A stretch of DNA of 64,000 nt from Gnetum montanum (Eukaryota > Plantae > Gnetophyta). Positions 23,689 to 36,150 of the stretch are shown here, in pieces. The notes under the pieces were generated by a model. The model saw nothing but the letters and a program-made list of their open reading frames with translations. It made no database searches and was not told the origin of the DNA. Numbering within the stretch: position 1 is the stretch's first letter; each line of letters begins with the position of its first letter. The stretch spans positions 102,301 to 166,300 of the forward strand of contig MNCI01000520.1 in NCBI GenBank assembly GCA_015680685.1. Direction: 5' to 3'. The position numbers and the translations under genes were made by a program.

Positions 23689-24707
23689 TGGTGTATGAAC
23701 ACCTCTTTCAATCCCATTTTTCTGCCGTACATGCTATGTGTCTTCTTGGGTTGATTTTGCTGAGGATGATTCTTGGATGTTTTTGGCATGTTTTAGGGTG
23801 TTTTAGGATCATTTTCATGAGTTTAGGGGATTTTAGGATCTATGGAGACATTTTGGGAGGCATCCAAAGATTCCAAACATTAAAACAAGAATTTTTGTAT
23901 TTGGCCCCTATGAGTGGGATGTCTCAGTAAAGATGTCCCACTAGAATTTGGGACATCCCAGTTGAGATGTCCCACTAGAATTTTGGATGTTCTAGGACTA
24001 GATGGGACATCGTAGGAAAATAGAAGTTGTTCCAACTAAGAGCTGGGTTTTCATAGGAGACATCCCAATAAAGTTAGAGATGTCCCAAATGGATGGGAAA
24101 ATTTCCAAAAAGGCCCATCCCAATTTGGGAAATAACCAAAGCAAGATGAAAATAGTCAAGGAGAATGAGAGAAGCCTTGGAAAACATCTAAAGAACCTCA
24201 AGTTAAGTTGATGAAATATTTCTATATTTCTTATCTTCTGGTTTCTTATAAATATTAGTGCCATTCACCATTTTGGTGCAAAAGTACCAAACACTAAAGG
24301 TTGAAGGCAAAACCCTAACCATGAGCAACAAAGAGAGATCATGAGAGTTGAGGGAGGAGAGTTTGTACAAGAAAAGAGCTTGTGTAAGGAAATTGAATGC
24401 GGCAAGGAAGAGAACTTGAGAGACGTGGAGGGAATCTCTTATAAGTGTCTTGTCTTAAGCTTGGGCTCCATGGTGAGCTATAAAGGATTGAGAGGGGACA
24501 AGTGTGGCTTCTAAGATCCTTGGGAGAGTCATAAGTTAATCTTGGCTCCTCATCTTTGATGTATTTTCTATGTAGTTTTGAGAATTTTCTTAATGTAAGG
24601 GATATTTTCTCAATTTTATTATGTTGTTCTTATTTTCTAAGCTATATTCACTTGGAAGTTGTGGATTGGATCTTATTAGGATCTATTGAGATGCGACCCC
24701 TACACCA
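23689..24707 (+). repeat. 5' LTR of element C
   Basis: Colinear with 37101-38166 (~80% by eye); GGGACATCCC/GGGATGTCCC motif array 23915-24090, TATAAATA at ~24247. Confidence 0.9.
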
Positions 24708-24710
24708 TAT

Positions 24711-24723
24711 TGGTATTAGAGCC
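24711..24723 (+). promoter_or_regulatory. tRNA-iMet primer-binding site of C
   Basis: TGGTATTAGAGCC versus canonical TGGTATCAGAGCC, 3 nt after the LTR. Confidence 0.88.
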
Positions 24724-24768
24724 AAGGTTTAGAGGGCTTCACACATCTATAAGAGATTGGGAGAAAGG

Positions 24769-25467
24769 TATGACTCCTAAGAAGAATAATAATCAAGATC
24801 TTGGACAAGAGCTTCAAGAGTTCAAGGACTCATTTAAGGATTTTGTGGATAAGATGCAAGAAGTTCTTCCTAAAGTAAAGGCCCATAAGCACCAAGATTT
24901 TACAAAAAATTCAAGAAGGGATATGGAGAAATTCAAGAACAACATGGAAAATATTTTGAGGAAAGTTGAGAGAATATCTTCTAATCATCAAGAAGGGAAG
25001 AAAGATGAAAGGTCTGGTGAAGTAGAGATTAATGAGAAAGTGAGTTCTCAAGTATCTCTTATTGAGCAAGGGGTTGCTCAATACTCAAAGGTTTCAAGGG
25101 AGGAAACCAAGAACTTCATCAAAGGAACCAAGAGATCTTTAAAGTCAAAGATGGTGTATGTTACTGATCAAGAAGATTTCCTACCTCATTAGTGATGGAA
25201 GGTAAAGGATCAAGAAAAAAGAGTGGCAAAGATCAAGGGACTTCTTCAAGGAGGATCAAGGGTAGCACTAGAAGGTATGATACTCATTCTCTTTGCAATT
25301 GTTCTATACCTTGTGGTAAGGGAAAGGAGATTCTAAGTTAAGTTGAGGCTATCCCATGGGAGAGAGGTGAGTCTTCTAGCTAAGGTATGGAGAAGAATGA
25401 TTACTTTGATCATGTTTTTGATGAATATGATGTTAAGGCCATGGAGGAGAGTTTACCTTTTGAGTTG
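24769..25467 (+). pseudogene. Internal ORF of C, 5' part (charged, coiled-coil-like; unknown function)
   Basis: MTPKKNNNQDLGQELQEFKDSFKDFVDKMQE... starts just after the PBS; near the junction the frame reads AMEESLPFEL and continues after D as VPPKWNEELV. Confidence 0.55.
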
Positions 25468-28421
25468 TGTTGGCGACCGTTTGGGACGCGAGTGTCCTCG
25501 AATAGGATTTAGGTGCCTGCTGCTCTCTGGCAACACCAAGGCCCAGATACCTCCAAATAACTCAGTAGTTAATGTGAGTATGTGTGTGTGCTGTTGCAGC
25601 ATGCAGTTGTGAGAAATGTGACAATTTCTTGTGTGTAAACTACAAATGACTTACTTTAAAGAGATTCAGCCAACTTTGTCCAGTACTGTGAGTTATTGAA
25701 AGTTTCCTATTTTGTTCAACTACCTAGTCTACGCGGTCCTTATAATACCTAATTGTAACACGTAAAATTCTGCAAAAACATTTGAGCACAACTCTGCAAA
25801 TCTACTCCTAATTTTCCCCAGAGAAAGAGGTAGTTCCACAAGAAAACTAGAAATAGAGCAAGATTCAATGGAAATAGACAGAAAAGAAAAGAAAGCAGAT
25901 TTGTATGGACCTCAAACATTTAAACAAGGTAAAATGACACGAGTAAACACTTCGCAATAAAGCTATTCCACATTCAATATCTACGAATTCTTCAAACCTC
26001 CAAGGCTCAACCAAGCAATATCTTCAAGACAATCTTACTGTGCTACCAAAAATCGCTGCGTAAACTACCACGTACGAGACTCCGCTTTGACTAGACAATA
26101 GATGCCAACGATTGCATTCAAACAGAACCTTTAAAAGACTTGAAAATTTTTGATTGAAATAACATGAAAAATCACTTTAAAGATAAAGAAGCTATTCTGG
26201 TCCCATCAAAATACCAAAGATTTTCTGAACTCTCTCGGCTACTAAATTGTTCCACGGCGTGACTACAAACAGAGGCTCTCTTCCAACAACCCAATAGCAG
26301 TTCCCAAACGTTGCACAATAATGAAATTTACTACTAAAATGCTCTTAAAGATTTTATTCATTAGCGCTTCTATGGCAAAATTTTAACAGAAATTTCTATC
26401 GGGCAACAAGAACAATAAGAGCAATCTAAAAATCCCAAAATTACTCGCCAAGGATGATACTATCTAAACCACTAGCTAAGCAATTTAAACAAAACAAAAA
26501 ATGAAATGCATAACTCACAGGACCATGACAAAGAGGCTGAAATCTTTATTCTAGCAAGCCATCTCCTTTACAAATCTTCCAAGTGTGATGATGATGCTCC
26601 CCCCCTTCTTTCTTTTTTTTTCTTGACCCTTGAAGCCTTTTTATAGGGTTCCAAGGTAGGTAGGGAAGTTACATATTTAAAAATATCTTACCTATCTTCT
26701 CTCCCAAGTAACTTAGCCAACCAATAGGAGATTACTACTAAATATCCTAGCTAACTTTACTCCCAAGTAATTGAGCTATCCAATTATAAAATTACTTGCC
26801 CAACAATCTAGGAGATTTTTTATGCAACAAGTTAGGTAAGTTACAACAATTTTGGATGGTTGCAACCACCAAAGAGATAAAAAAGGCTAAAATTTAGTTA
26901 CAAGTATTATAGTTATAAATTAAAGGGATAATAGCCATATGTTCCTTTCATAAGATATTGCATGAATATCTCATAATTGTTCTATTTTTTTTCTTTTTAA
27001 ATCATAAAAAATATTTTATTTCATGTAGTGATGGGGTAATAACCATGAATTTGATATATGGGCTGATATGTATAACGCATAAGTGGAGATGTAATTCATA
27101 TGTTAATTTGTAGCATTCTTAATGTGATCTAATTTAATTTTATCGGGAAATTACTTGTAAGTCTTGTTTATCTAAATATTTGGTTAAAGATTAGAACTTA
27201 AGCTAGCCTAATTTAATTTAAATTCCTAAATGTCCCTAAGCTATAATGATTTTATAAAAATCTAATTTGATCTTCCCCCCTTTGGAAGTAGCGGTGGTTA
27301 ACTTTATACACTTCAAAATTCGGAAAACCAGAAATACGAGCCGAAGGCGGAGCCATCGATCCTGCAACTGATTTCTTGATTGAAGACATTCCAGCAACTA
27401 CCTCCATGGGAGAATACCCTACCGCCGAATTAGGAAACGTCACCGTGTGTTCCGTCTGGATCAGAAACTGTCATAACCTCTAGAAAATGCCTGCAATTTT
27501 GATATCAAGGTTCGAAGATTTTGGTTCTGCATGTTCAGTTATCCTCCGGTCGCAGTGGCCTGCGCTCAAATCGGCGAGCAAAAGGCAACGATTTCAAAGG
27601 CCATATTGTTTTGATGCCCGCGGCAGATGCAACAAAATCAGCAGCAACAATGGTGGTCTTGAATGGTTCTCGGTGTTAAGGGTTTCACATGTCTGCACAA
27701 CGCCTGTTTTAAATTTTCATCAGTTGAAGCCATGAAACTGTTGGACAATCGGCAATACTGCAGGGATAGGGCTTTCAGCTTTTGATATTTTTTTTATTCA
27801 AAATATATCCGTGATCACATGCGTTTTTGCTTCTTTCTTCCGGTGCTGAGCTGAGTAAAATTTTTGTCTTTGGGGCAAACTGCTCATTTTTCCTTTCTGC
27901 AAATGTATGTGCAGATGCTGTTTTAGTTGCCCCTTTTTGCTTGAGTACGCCAGTCCTCCATTGTCTTCGTTTCCTTCATGTGCGCTTGGCTTCGGATCTG
28001 ATTCTTGTGTCGAATTTTTCACATTATTCAAGTTTGAAGATTGGTTCGTTCTTGCTCCAGCGGTGGCCATTATTTTTCCTGTTTTCCTTAATCGCGTTTT
28101 TCTTGCCTCCTCCATGTGCAGGGCTTTTTTTTTATTACGACGGGCAATCCAATTCTTTGAACCTGACCCTTTGTTAATCCGATTTTGAATAATCCAATAA
28201 TGCATTTTCAACATTAATAGGGAGTATATCCTTTAACAGCAAAGAATCCCATCCTTAGTCTTTTTATTTTAATTCCATATAACTTAACAACCAAACACTT
28301 CAACATATTTGCTTGCTTCCTGTCAACTCACCATATTAAACTTCAATTTTATGCCCAAGAATTGTGCTATCTTTGAAAAAAATATTCCAACTATTCCATG
28401 TAATGGCTAAATGTGCCAACA
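25468..28421 (-). repeat. 3' LTR of element D (2954 bp)
   Basis: Near-identical to 33485-36145 from ~25775 onward; TATA (rc CCTATAAAAAGG) at ~26637-26648. Confidence 0.95.
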
Positions 28422-29348
28422 NNNNNNNNNNNNNNNNNNNNNNNNNNNNNNNNNNNNNNNNNNNNNNNNNNNNNNNNNNNNNNNNNNNNNNNNNNNNNNN
28501 NNNNNNNNNNNNNNNNNNNNNNNNNNNNNNNNNNNNNNNNNNNNNNNNNNNNNNNNNNNNNNNNNNNNNNNNNNNNNNNNNNNNNNNNNNNNNNNNNNNN
28601 NNNNNNNNNNNNNNNNNNNNNNNNNNNNNNNNNNNNNNNNNNNNNNNNNNNNNNNNNNNNNNNNNNNNNNNNNNNNNNNNNNNNNNNNNNNNNNNNNNNG
28701 TTCTTCTCCATTGCTTCCTTCATTTTCCTCTTGAGAGGCCNNNNNNNNNNNNNNNNNNNNNNNNNNNNNNNNNNNNNNNNNNNNNNNNNNNNNNNNNNNN
28801 NNNNNNNNNNNNNNNNNNNNNNNNNNNNNNNNNNNNNNNNNNNNNNNNNNNNNNNNNNNNNNNNNNNNNNNNNNNNNNNNNNNNNNNNNNNNNNNNNNNN
28901 NNNNNNNNNNNNNNNNNNNNNNNNNNNNNNNNNNNNNNNNNNNNNNNNNNNNNNNNNNNNNNNNNNNNNNNNNNNNNNNNNNNNNNNNNNNNNNNNNNNN
29001 NNNNNNNNNNNNNNNNNNNNNNNNNNNNNNNNNNNNNNNNNNNNNNNNNNNNNNNNNNNNNNNNNNNNNNNNNNNNNNNNNNNNNNNNNNNNNNNNNNNN
29101 NNNNNNNNNNNNNNNNNNNNNNNNNNNNNNNNNNNNNNNNNNNNNNNNNNNNNNNNNNNNNNNNNNNNNNNNNNNNNNNNNNNNNNNNNNNNNNNNNNNN
29201 NNNNNNNNNNNNNNNNNNNNNNNNNNNNNNNNNNNNNNNNNNNNNNNNNNNNNNNNNNNNNNNNNNNNNNNNNNNNNNNNNNNNNNNNNNNNNNNNNNNN
29301 NNNNNNNNNNNNNNNNNNNNNNNNNNNNNNNNNNNNNNNNNNNNNNNN

Positions 29349-31974
29349 TTATTCTTGCTGGTAAACCATAAACTAAATTATATGGTGATGTCCCAATAGC
29401 TTTCTTGAATCTGATTTGATCTGACCATAATGCGGATTGTAGATAATCAATCCAATTTCCTAGATTCCCATCCATTGATTTCTTGATATAAGTGATAAGC
29501 CTCTTATTAGTGGATTCCACTAAACCATTTCCTTGAGGATAATAATTTGATGAGAAAAATAAGAAAATAGATCTTTCATATGCCCATCTGATAAACTCTT
29601 CAGATTTGAAGGTGGGTCCATTGTCTGACACTAATACTTCGGGTACACCAAATCTACTTAGAATGTGGTCTTCTAAAAACTTAATCACATATGATGCTGA
29701 ACATCCTCTTAGAGCCTTTGCTTCAGACCATTTAGTAAAGTAATCAGTAGCTGTGAGAATAAACTTGTGTCCAGCTCTTGAAGGAGTAATTGTACCAATA
29801 CAATCCAAACCCCATTGCTGAAATGGTCTATCCGCAACTACTGGTTTTAAAGGGGCCCTAGCCCTTTTAATCTTAGGCCCATGAACTTGACATTTATAGC
29901 ATTTTTGAATCTTAGAACTAATGTCTTGATATATGGAGGGCCAGTAATATCCGTATCGAAGTATATGTTGCATAGTTGATTTAGGGGATTCATAAAATAG
30001 ATTCAAATGATCATGAAATTGTTCCAAAATGAAATTAATTTGATCATTATGAACACATTCCAATAGAACTCCCCGAAAATCCTTTCGATATAATATACCA
30101 TCTTTAACAAAAAATCTTCGTACTCTCTTGAAGAAAGCTCTCTTTTGACTCGCAGTTAAATTATTTAGGATTTTCCTGATAGTAAGAAACTTTAGAATAT
30201 CATCATACCAATTCTCTTCATGAGTGTCAAGCGTGTAAACTTCACTTTCTCTAGTCATTAACTTAGCTAGTCCCATTCCCTTAATTGTCTTACATATTTC
30301 CAATGAAAATCTAAAACTTTGCAACTTTATAAGCCATTTTTCTCTTTTCAAGCCAATCTCATTTTGGGATAGGAATCGCTTGACTGCAGGTTCAATTAGC
30401 ATAATATGAACTAATGAACTTTCCAAATAATATTTAAAATGCTGAAGTGCCTTGATGACTGCGAAAGCTTGCTTCTCTAAGTCTGAGTAATTTAACTCTG
30501 AACCTTTCATTTGATACCCAAAGAATCCAATTGGTCCATCTTGACCTTCACTATCCTTTTGTGTTAGAACGGCAGCAATAGAATCATTTGAAACGAAAGA
30601 GTATAACCAAAAATCTTCTTTAAGTCTAGGCTTTACCAAATATGGAGCCTCTTGTATAACCTTTTTAATTTCTGATAAAGCTCTCTCTGACTCTGATGTT
30701 TTCTCTACTTGGACATCCTTTTTTAGTATGTGCATCAAAGGTTTGGTAATTTCAGTAAACCCGGGGATGAACTTCTTCACAAAGTTTATCTTCCCAAAGA
30801 AAGATCTAAGAGATTTCTTACTAGAGGGGTGTTCAATATTCTGTACTGCTTGAATTCGGGAATTATCTATGGCAATCCCTTCTTGACATATTATATGTCC
30901 TAATAGACTTCTAGATTTAACCCCGAAGATACACTTCTTAGGATTTAATGAAATACCAAACTCACGGCATCTGTCGAAAACTTGCTGAAGATGATCGATA
31001 TGATCTTCTTTCTTCTTTGAAAATACTGTAATATCATCCAAATAAACCACCATGAATTTGCCTAATAAATCCTTAAATACTAAATCCATTGCTCTTTGAA
31101 AAGTAGCTCCGGCATTTGACAATCCTAATGGCATTCTTTGGTAAGCGAAAGTTTCCCACTTAGTGATAAATGATGTTTTGTATCTATCATTCTTATCTAC
31201 CACGATTTGATTATAACCTGAGAAACCGTCTAGGAAGGAATATACTTGGCAACCTGAGACTTTGATAAGCATCTCATCAATTCTCGGAAGTGGATACTTA
31301 TCTTTCTTTGAAGCATCATTTAGATTTCTAAAGTCTACACAGAGTCGTATATCACCATTTTTCTTTCTTACTGGGACAAGATTAGCAAGCCATGTCGAAT
31401 ATCGTACTGGATATATGATTTGTGCTTGCAACAACTTTTTGATTTTGGCTTCCATAGCTGGTTCAAATGATGGATTGAATTTTCTTTGTTTTTGCTTGAA
31501 TTTTTTGCAGCCTTCCATTAAAGGAATCTTATGCGTCATCACATCTTGTTGAAAAGCTTTAAGATTATCATAAGACCAAGTAAAATTGTCCAAATTATCT
31601 CGTAGGCATGACAACAAATCTTGCTTGAAATTTGAATCACTTTCCTTTGTAACATTTAACATCTTCGGTGCATTGTTTAATCCAAAATTTACCATCTCAA
31701 AAGCTTGTTTATCTAGGTTTTGTATGTCTTTTCCAGTAAGTAAATTTTTCTTGAACTCATGTTCCAAATCAATCATCTTCTTTGGAATGAAATTAGCTTT
31801 TGAATTTGAAGATGTTTCGGGTATTACTTGACTCTCAAATTCTTGTTTATTTTTCATAAATCTTAGTACTTGATCATCATCTTCAAATACTTGTAAATGC
31901 CTTATATTATCTGGTATGGATGGTTGATGTTCTTCTTCAATCATGACATCTTTGTAACCTTCTAATATTTGCAT
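29349..31974 (-). CDS. pol: pol polyprotein of D: reverse transcriptase, degenerate RNase H, integrase (3' end in gap)
   Basis: ~875 open codons: LCVDFRNLN, LDGFSGYNQI, GLSNAGATFQR, VVYLDDI (RT); LYSFVSNDSIAAVL...YSDLEKQAFA (RH lacking first Asp); CYKCQ, WGLDCIG, VSDNG, PQGNGLVE (INT DDE). Confidence 0.96.
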
Positions 31975-31980
31975 ATCCTA

Positions 31981-32054
31981 TGTTGAAGCTGCTTTTGCCA
32001 AATAGTCTACCATAAGATTCTCTGCTCTATTTACATGCTCTATTTGGCAATATT
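31981..32054 (-). CDS. C-terminal fragment of an additional (archaeal-type) RNase H, in frame with pol across one TAG
   Basis: IEHVNRAENLMVDYLAK matches the HVxRxxNxxADxLA signature of RNase HI/aRH; stop at 31978-31980. Confidence 0.8.
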
Positions 32055-33484
32055 NNNNNNNNNNNNNNNNNNNNNNNNNNNNNNNNNNNNNNNNNNNNNN
32101 NNNNNNNNNNNNNNNNNNNNNNNNNNNNNNNNNNNNNNNNNNNNNNNNNNNNNNNNNNNNNNNNNNNNNNNNNNNNNNNNNNNNNNNNNNNNNNNNNNNN
32201 NNNNNNNNNNNNNNNNNNNNNNNNNNNNNNNNNNNNNNNNNNNNNNNNNNNNNNNNNNNNNNNNNNNNNNNNNNNNNNNNNNNNNNNNNNNNNNNNNNNN
32301 NNNNNNNNNNNNNNNNNNNNNNNNNNNNNNNNNNNNNNNNNNNNNNNNNNNNNNNNNNNNNNNNNNNNNNNNNNNNNNNNNNNNNNNNNNNNNNNNNNNN
32401 NNNNNNNNNNNNNNNNNNNNNNNNNNNNNNNNNNNNNNNNNNNNNNNNNNNNNNNNNNNNNNNNNNNNNNNNNNNNNNNNNNNNNNNNNNNNNNNNNNNN
32501 NNNNNNNNNNNNNNNNNNNNNNNNNNNNNNNNNNNNNNNNNNNNNNNNNNNNNNNNNNNNNNNNNNNNNNNNNNNNNNNNNNNNNNNNNNNNNNNNNNNN
32601 NNNNNNNNNNNNNNNNNNNNNNNNNNNNNNNNNNNNNNNNNNNNNNNNNNNNNNNNNNNNNNNNNNNNNNNNNNNNNNNNNNNNNNNNNNNNNNNNNNNN
32701 NNNNNNNNNNNNNNNNNNNNNNNNNNNNNNNNNNNNNNNNNNNNNNNNNNNNNNNNNNNNNNNNNNNNNNNNNNNNNNNNNNNNNNNNNNNNNNNNNNNN
32801 NNNNNNNNNNNNNNNNNNNNNNNNNNNNNNNNNNNNNNNNNNNNNNNNNNNNNNNNNNNNNNNNNNNNNNNNNNNNNNNNNNNNNNNNNNNNNNNNNNNN
32901 NNNNNNNNNNNNNNNNNNNNNNNNNNNNNNNNNNNNNNNNNNNNNNNNNNNNNNNNNNNNNNNNNNNNNNNNNNNNNNNNNNNNNNNNNNNNNNNNNNNN
33001 NNNNNNNNNNNNNNNNNNNNNNNNNNNNNNNNGTATAGAAGTAGTTAATCTATCTTTTGATCGGAGATTGTATCCATTTTNNNNNNNNNNNNNNNNNNNN
33101 NNNNNNNNNNNNNNNNNNNNNNNNNNNNNNNNNNNNNNNNNNNNNNNNNNNNNNNNNNNNNNNNNNNNNNNNNNNNNNNNNNNNNNNNNNNNNNNNNNNN
33201 NNNNNNNNNNNNNNNNNNNNNNNNNNNNNNNNNNNNNNNNNNNNNNNNNNNNNNNNNNNNNNNNNNNNNNNNNNNNNNNNNNNNNNNNNNNNNNNNNNNN
33301 NNNNNNNNNNNNNNNNNNNNNNNNNNNNNNNNNNNNNNNNNNNNNNNNNNNNNNNNNNNNNNNNNNNNNNNNNNNNNNNNNNNNNNNNNNNNNNNNNNNN
33401 NNNNNNNNNNNNNNNNNNNNNNNNNNNNNNNNNNNNNNNNNNNNNNNNNNNNNNNNNNNNNNNNNNNNNNNNNNNNNNNNNNNN

Positions 33485-36145
33485 AAACAGTTTAGCACAA
33501 CTCTGCAAATCTACTCCTAATTTTCCCCAGAGAAAGAGATAGTTCCACAAGAAAACTAGAAATAGAGCAAGATTCAATGGAAATAGACAGAAAAGAAAAG
33601 AAAGCAGATTTGTGTGGACCTCAAATATTTAAACAAGGTAAAATGACACGAGTAAACACTTCGCAATAAAGCTATTCCAAATTCAATATCTACGAATTGT
33701 TCAAACCTCCAAGGCTCAACCAAGCAATATCTTCAAGACAATCCTACTGTGCTACCAAAAATCGCTGCGTAAACTACCACGTACGAGACTCCACTTTGAC
33801 TAGACAATAGATGCCAACGATTGCATTCAAACAGAACCTTTAAAAGACTTGACAATTTCTGATTGAAATAACACGGAAAATCACTTTAAAGATAAAGAAG
33901 CTATTCTGGTCCCATCAAAATACCAAAGATTTTCTGAACCCTCTCGGCTACTAAATTGTTCCACGGCGTGACTACAAACAGAGGCTCTCTTCCAACAACC
34001 CAATAGTAGTTCCCAAACGTTGCACAATAATGAAATTTACTACTAAAATGCTCTTAAGGATTTTATTCATTAGCGCTTCTATGGAAAAATTTTAACAGAA
34101 ATTTCGATCGGGCAACAAGAACAATAAGAGCAATCTAAAAATCCCAAAATTACTCGCCAAGGATGATACTATCTAAACCACTAGCTAAGAAATTTAAACA
34201 AAACAAAAAATGAAATGCATAACTCACAGGACCATGACAAAGAGGTTGAAATCTTTATTCTAGCAAGCCATCTTGCAAGCCATCTCCCTTACAAATCTTC
34301 CAAGTGTGATGATGATGCTCCCCCCCTTCTTTCTTTTTTTTTCTTGACCCTTGAAGCCTTTTTATAGGGTTCCAAGGTAGGTAGGGAAGTTACATATTTA
34401 AAAATATCTTACCTATCTTCTCTCCCAAGTAACTTAGCCAACCAATAGGAGCTTACTTACTAAATATCCTAGCTAACTTTACTCCCAAGTAATTGAGCTA
34501 TCCAATTATAAAATTACTTGCCCAACAAGCTAGGAGATTTTTTATCCAACAAGTTAGGTAAGTTACAACAATTTTGGATGGTTGCAACCACCAAAGAGAT
34601 AAAAAAGGCTAAAATTTAGTTACAAATATTATAGTTATAAATTAAAGGGATAATAGCCATATGTTCCTTTCATAAGATATTGCATGAATATCTCATAATT
34701 GTTCTATTTTTTTTTTTTTTAAATCATAAAAAATATTTTATTTCATGTAGTGATGGGGTAATAACCATGAATTTGATATATGGGCTGATATGTATAATGC
34801 ATAAGTGGAGATGTAATTCATATGTTAATTTGTAGCATTCCTAATGTGATCTAATTTAATTTTATCGGGAAATTACTTGTAAGTCTTGTTTATCTAAATA
34901 TTTGGTTAAAGATTAGAACTTAAGCTAGCCTAATTTAATTTAAATTCCTAAATGTCCCTAAGCTATAATGATTTTATAAAAATCTAATTTAATCTTCCCC
35001 CCTTTGGAAGTAGCGGTGGTTAACTTTATACACTTCAAAATTCGGAATACCAGAAATACGAGCCCGAAGGCGAAGCCATCGATCCTGCAACCGATTTCTT
35101 GATTGAAGACGTTCCAGCAACTGCCTCCACGGGAGAATACCCTGCCGCCGGATTAGGAAACGTCACCGTGTGTTCCGTCTGGATCAGCAACTGTCATAAC
35201 CTCTGGAAAATGCCTGCAATTTTGATATCAAGGTTCAAAGATTTTGGTTCTGCACTTTCGGTTATCCTCCGGTCGCGGTGGCCTACCATCAAATCGGTGA
35301 GCAAAAGGCAATGATTTCAAAGGCCAGATTGTTTTGATGCCCATGGCAGATGCAAAAAAATCAGCAGCAACAATGGTGGTGTTGAATGGTTCTCAGTGTT
35401 AAGGGTTTCGGGTCTCTGCACAGTGCCTGTTTTAAATTTCCGTCAGTTGAAGCCATGAAACTGTTGGACAATCAGCAATACTGCAGGGATAGGGCTTTCA
35501 GCTTTTGATATTTTTTTTGATTCAAAATATATCCGTGATCACACATGTTTTTGCTTCTTTCTTCCGGTGCTGAGCTGAGTAAAATTTTTGTCTTTGGGGC
35601 AAACTGCTCATTTTTCCTTTCTGCAAATGTATGTGCAGATGCTGTTTTAGTTGTCCCTTTTTGCTTGAGTACGCCAGTCCTCCATTGTCTTCGTTTCCTT
35701 CATGTGCGCTTGGCTTCGGATCTGATTCTTGTGTCGAATTTTTCACATTATTCAAGTTTGAAGATTGGTTCGTTCCTGCTCCAGCGGTGGCCATTATTTT
35801 TCCTATTTTCCTTAATCGCGTTTTTCTTGCCTCCTCCATGTGCAGGGCTTTTTTTTTATTACAAAAACCAATCCAATTCTTTGAACCTGACCCTTTGTTA
35901 ATCCAATTTTGAATAATCCGATAATGCATTTTCAACATTAACAGGGAGTATATCCTTTAACAATAAAGAATCCCATCCTTAGTATTTTTATTTTAATTCC
36001 ATATAACTTAACAACCAAACACTTCAACATATTTGCTTGCTTCCTGTCAACTCACCATATTAAACTTCAATTTTATGCCCAAGTATTGAGCTATCATTGA
36101 AAAAAATATTCCAACTGTTCCATGTAATGGCTAAATGTGCCAACA
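33485..36145 (-). repeat. 5' LTR of element D (inner ~300 bp hidden in gap)
   Basis: Colinear with 25775-28421. Confidence 0.95.
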
Positions 36146-36150
36146 AGTTG

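Larger units (their letters stand above)
25468..36145 (-). mobile_element. Element D: young Ty3/Gypsy Tat retrotransposon with extra RNase H upstream of RT (TatII-like)
   Basis: Termini TGTTGGC...GCCAACA, perfect TSD AGTTG (25463-25467, 36146-36150), ~2.95-kb LTRs, long open pol on the minus strand in RT-RH-INT order. Confidence 0.95.

Noticed and set aside
16084-33577. Long ORF-track entries filled with X
   Set aside because: Artifacts of N gaps (16195-16429, 28422-28699, 28741-29348, 32055-33032, 33081-33484).
27798-35938. 138-aa ORF present twice (27798-28214, 35522-35938)
   Set aside because: Conservation is explained by recent LTR duplication; TTG start, no motif, overlapping opposite-strand frames also open.
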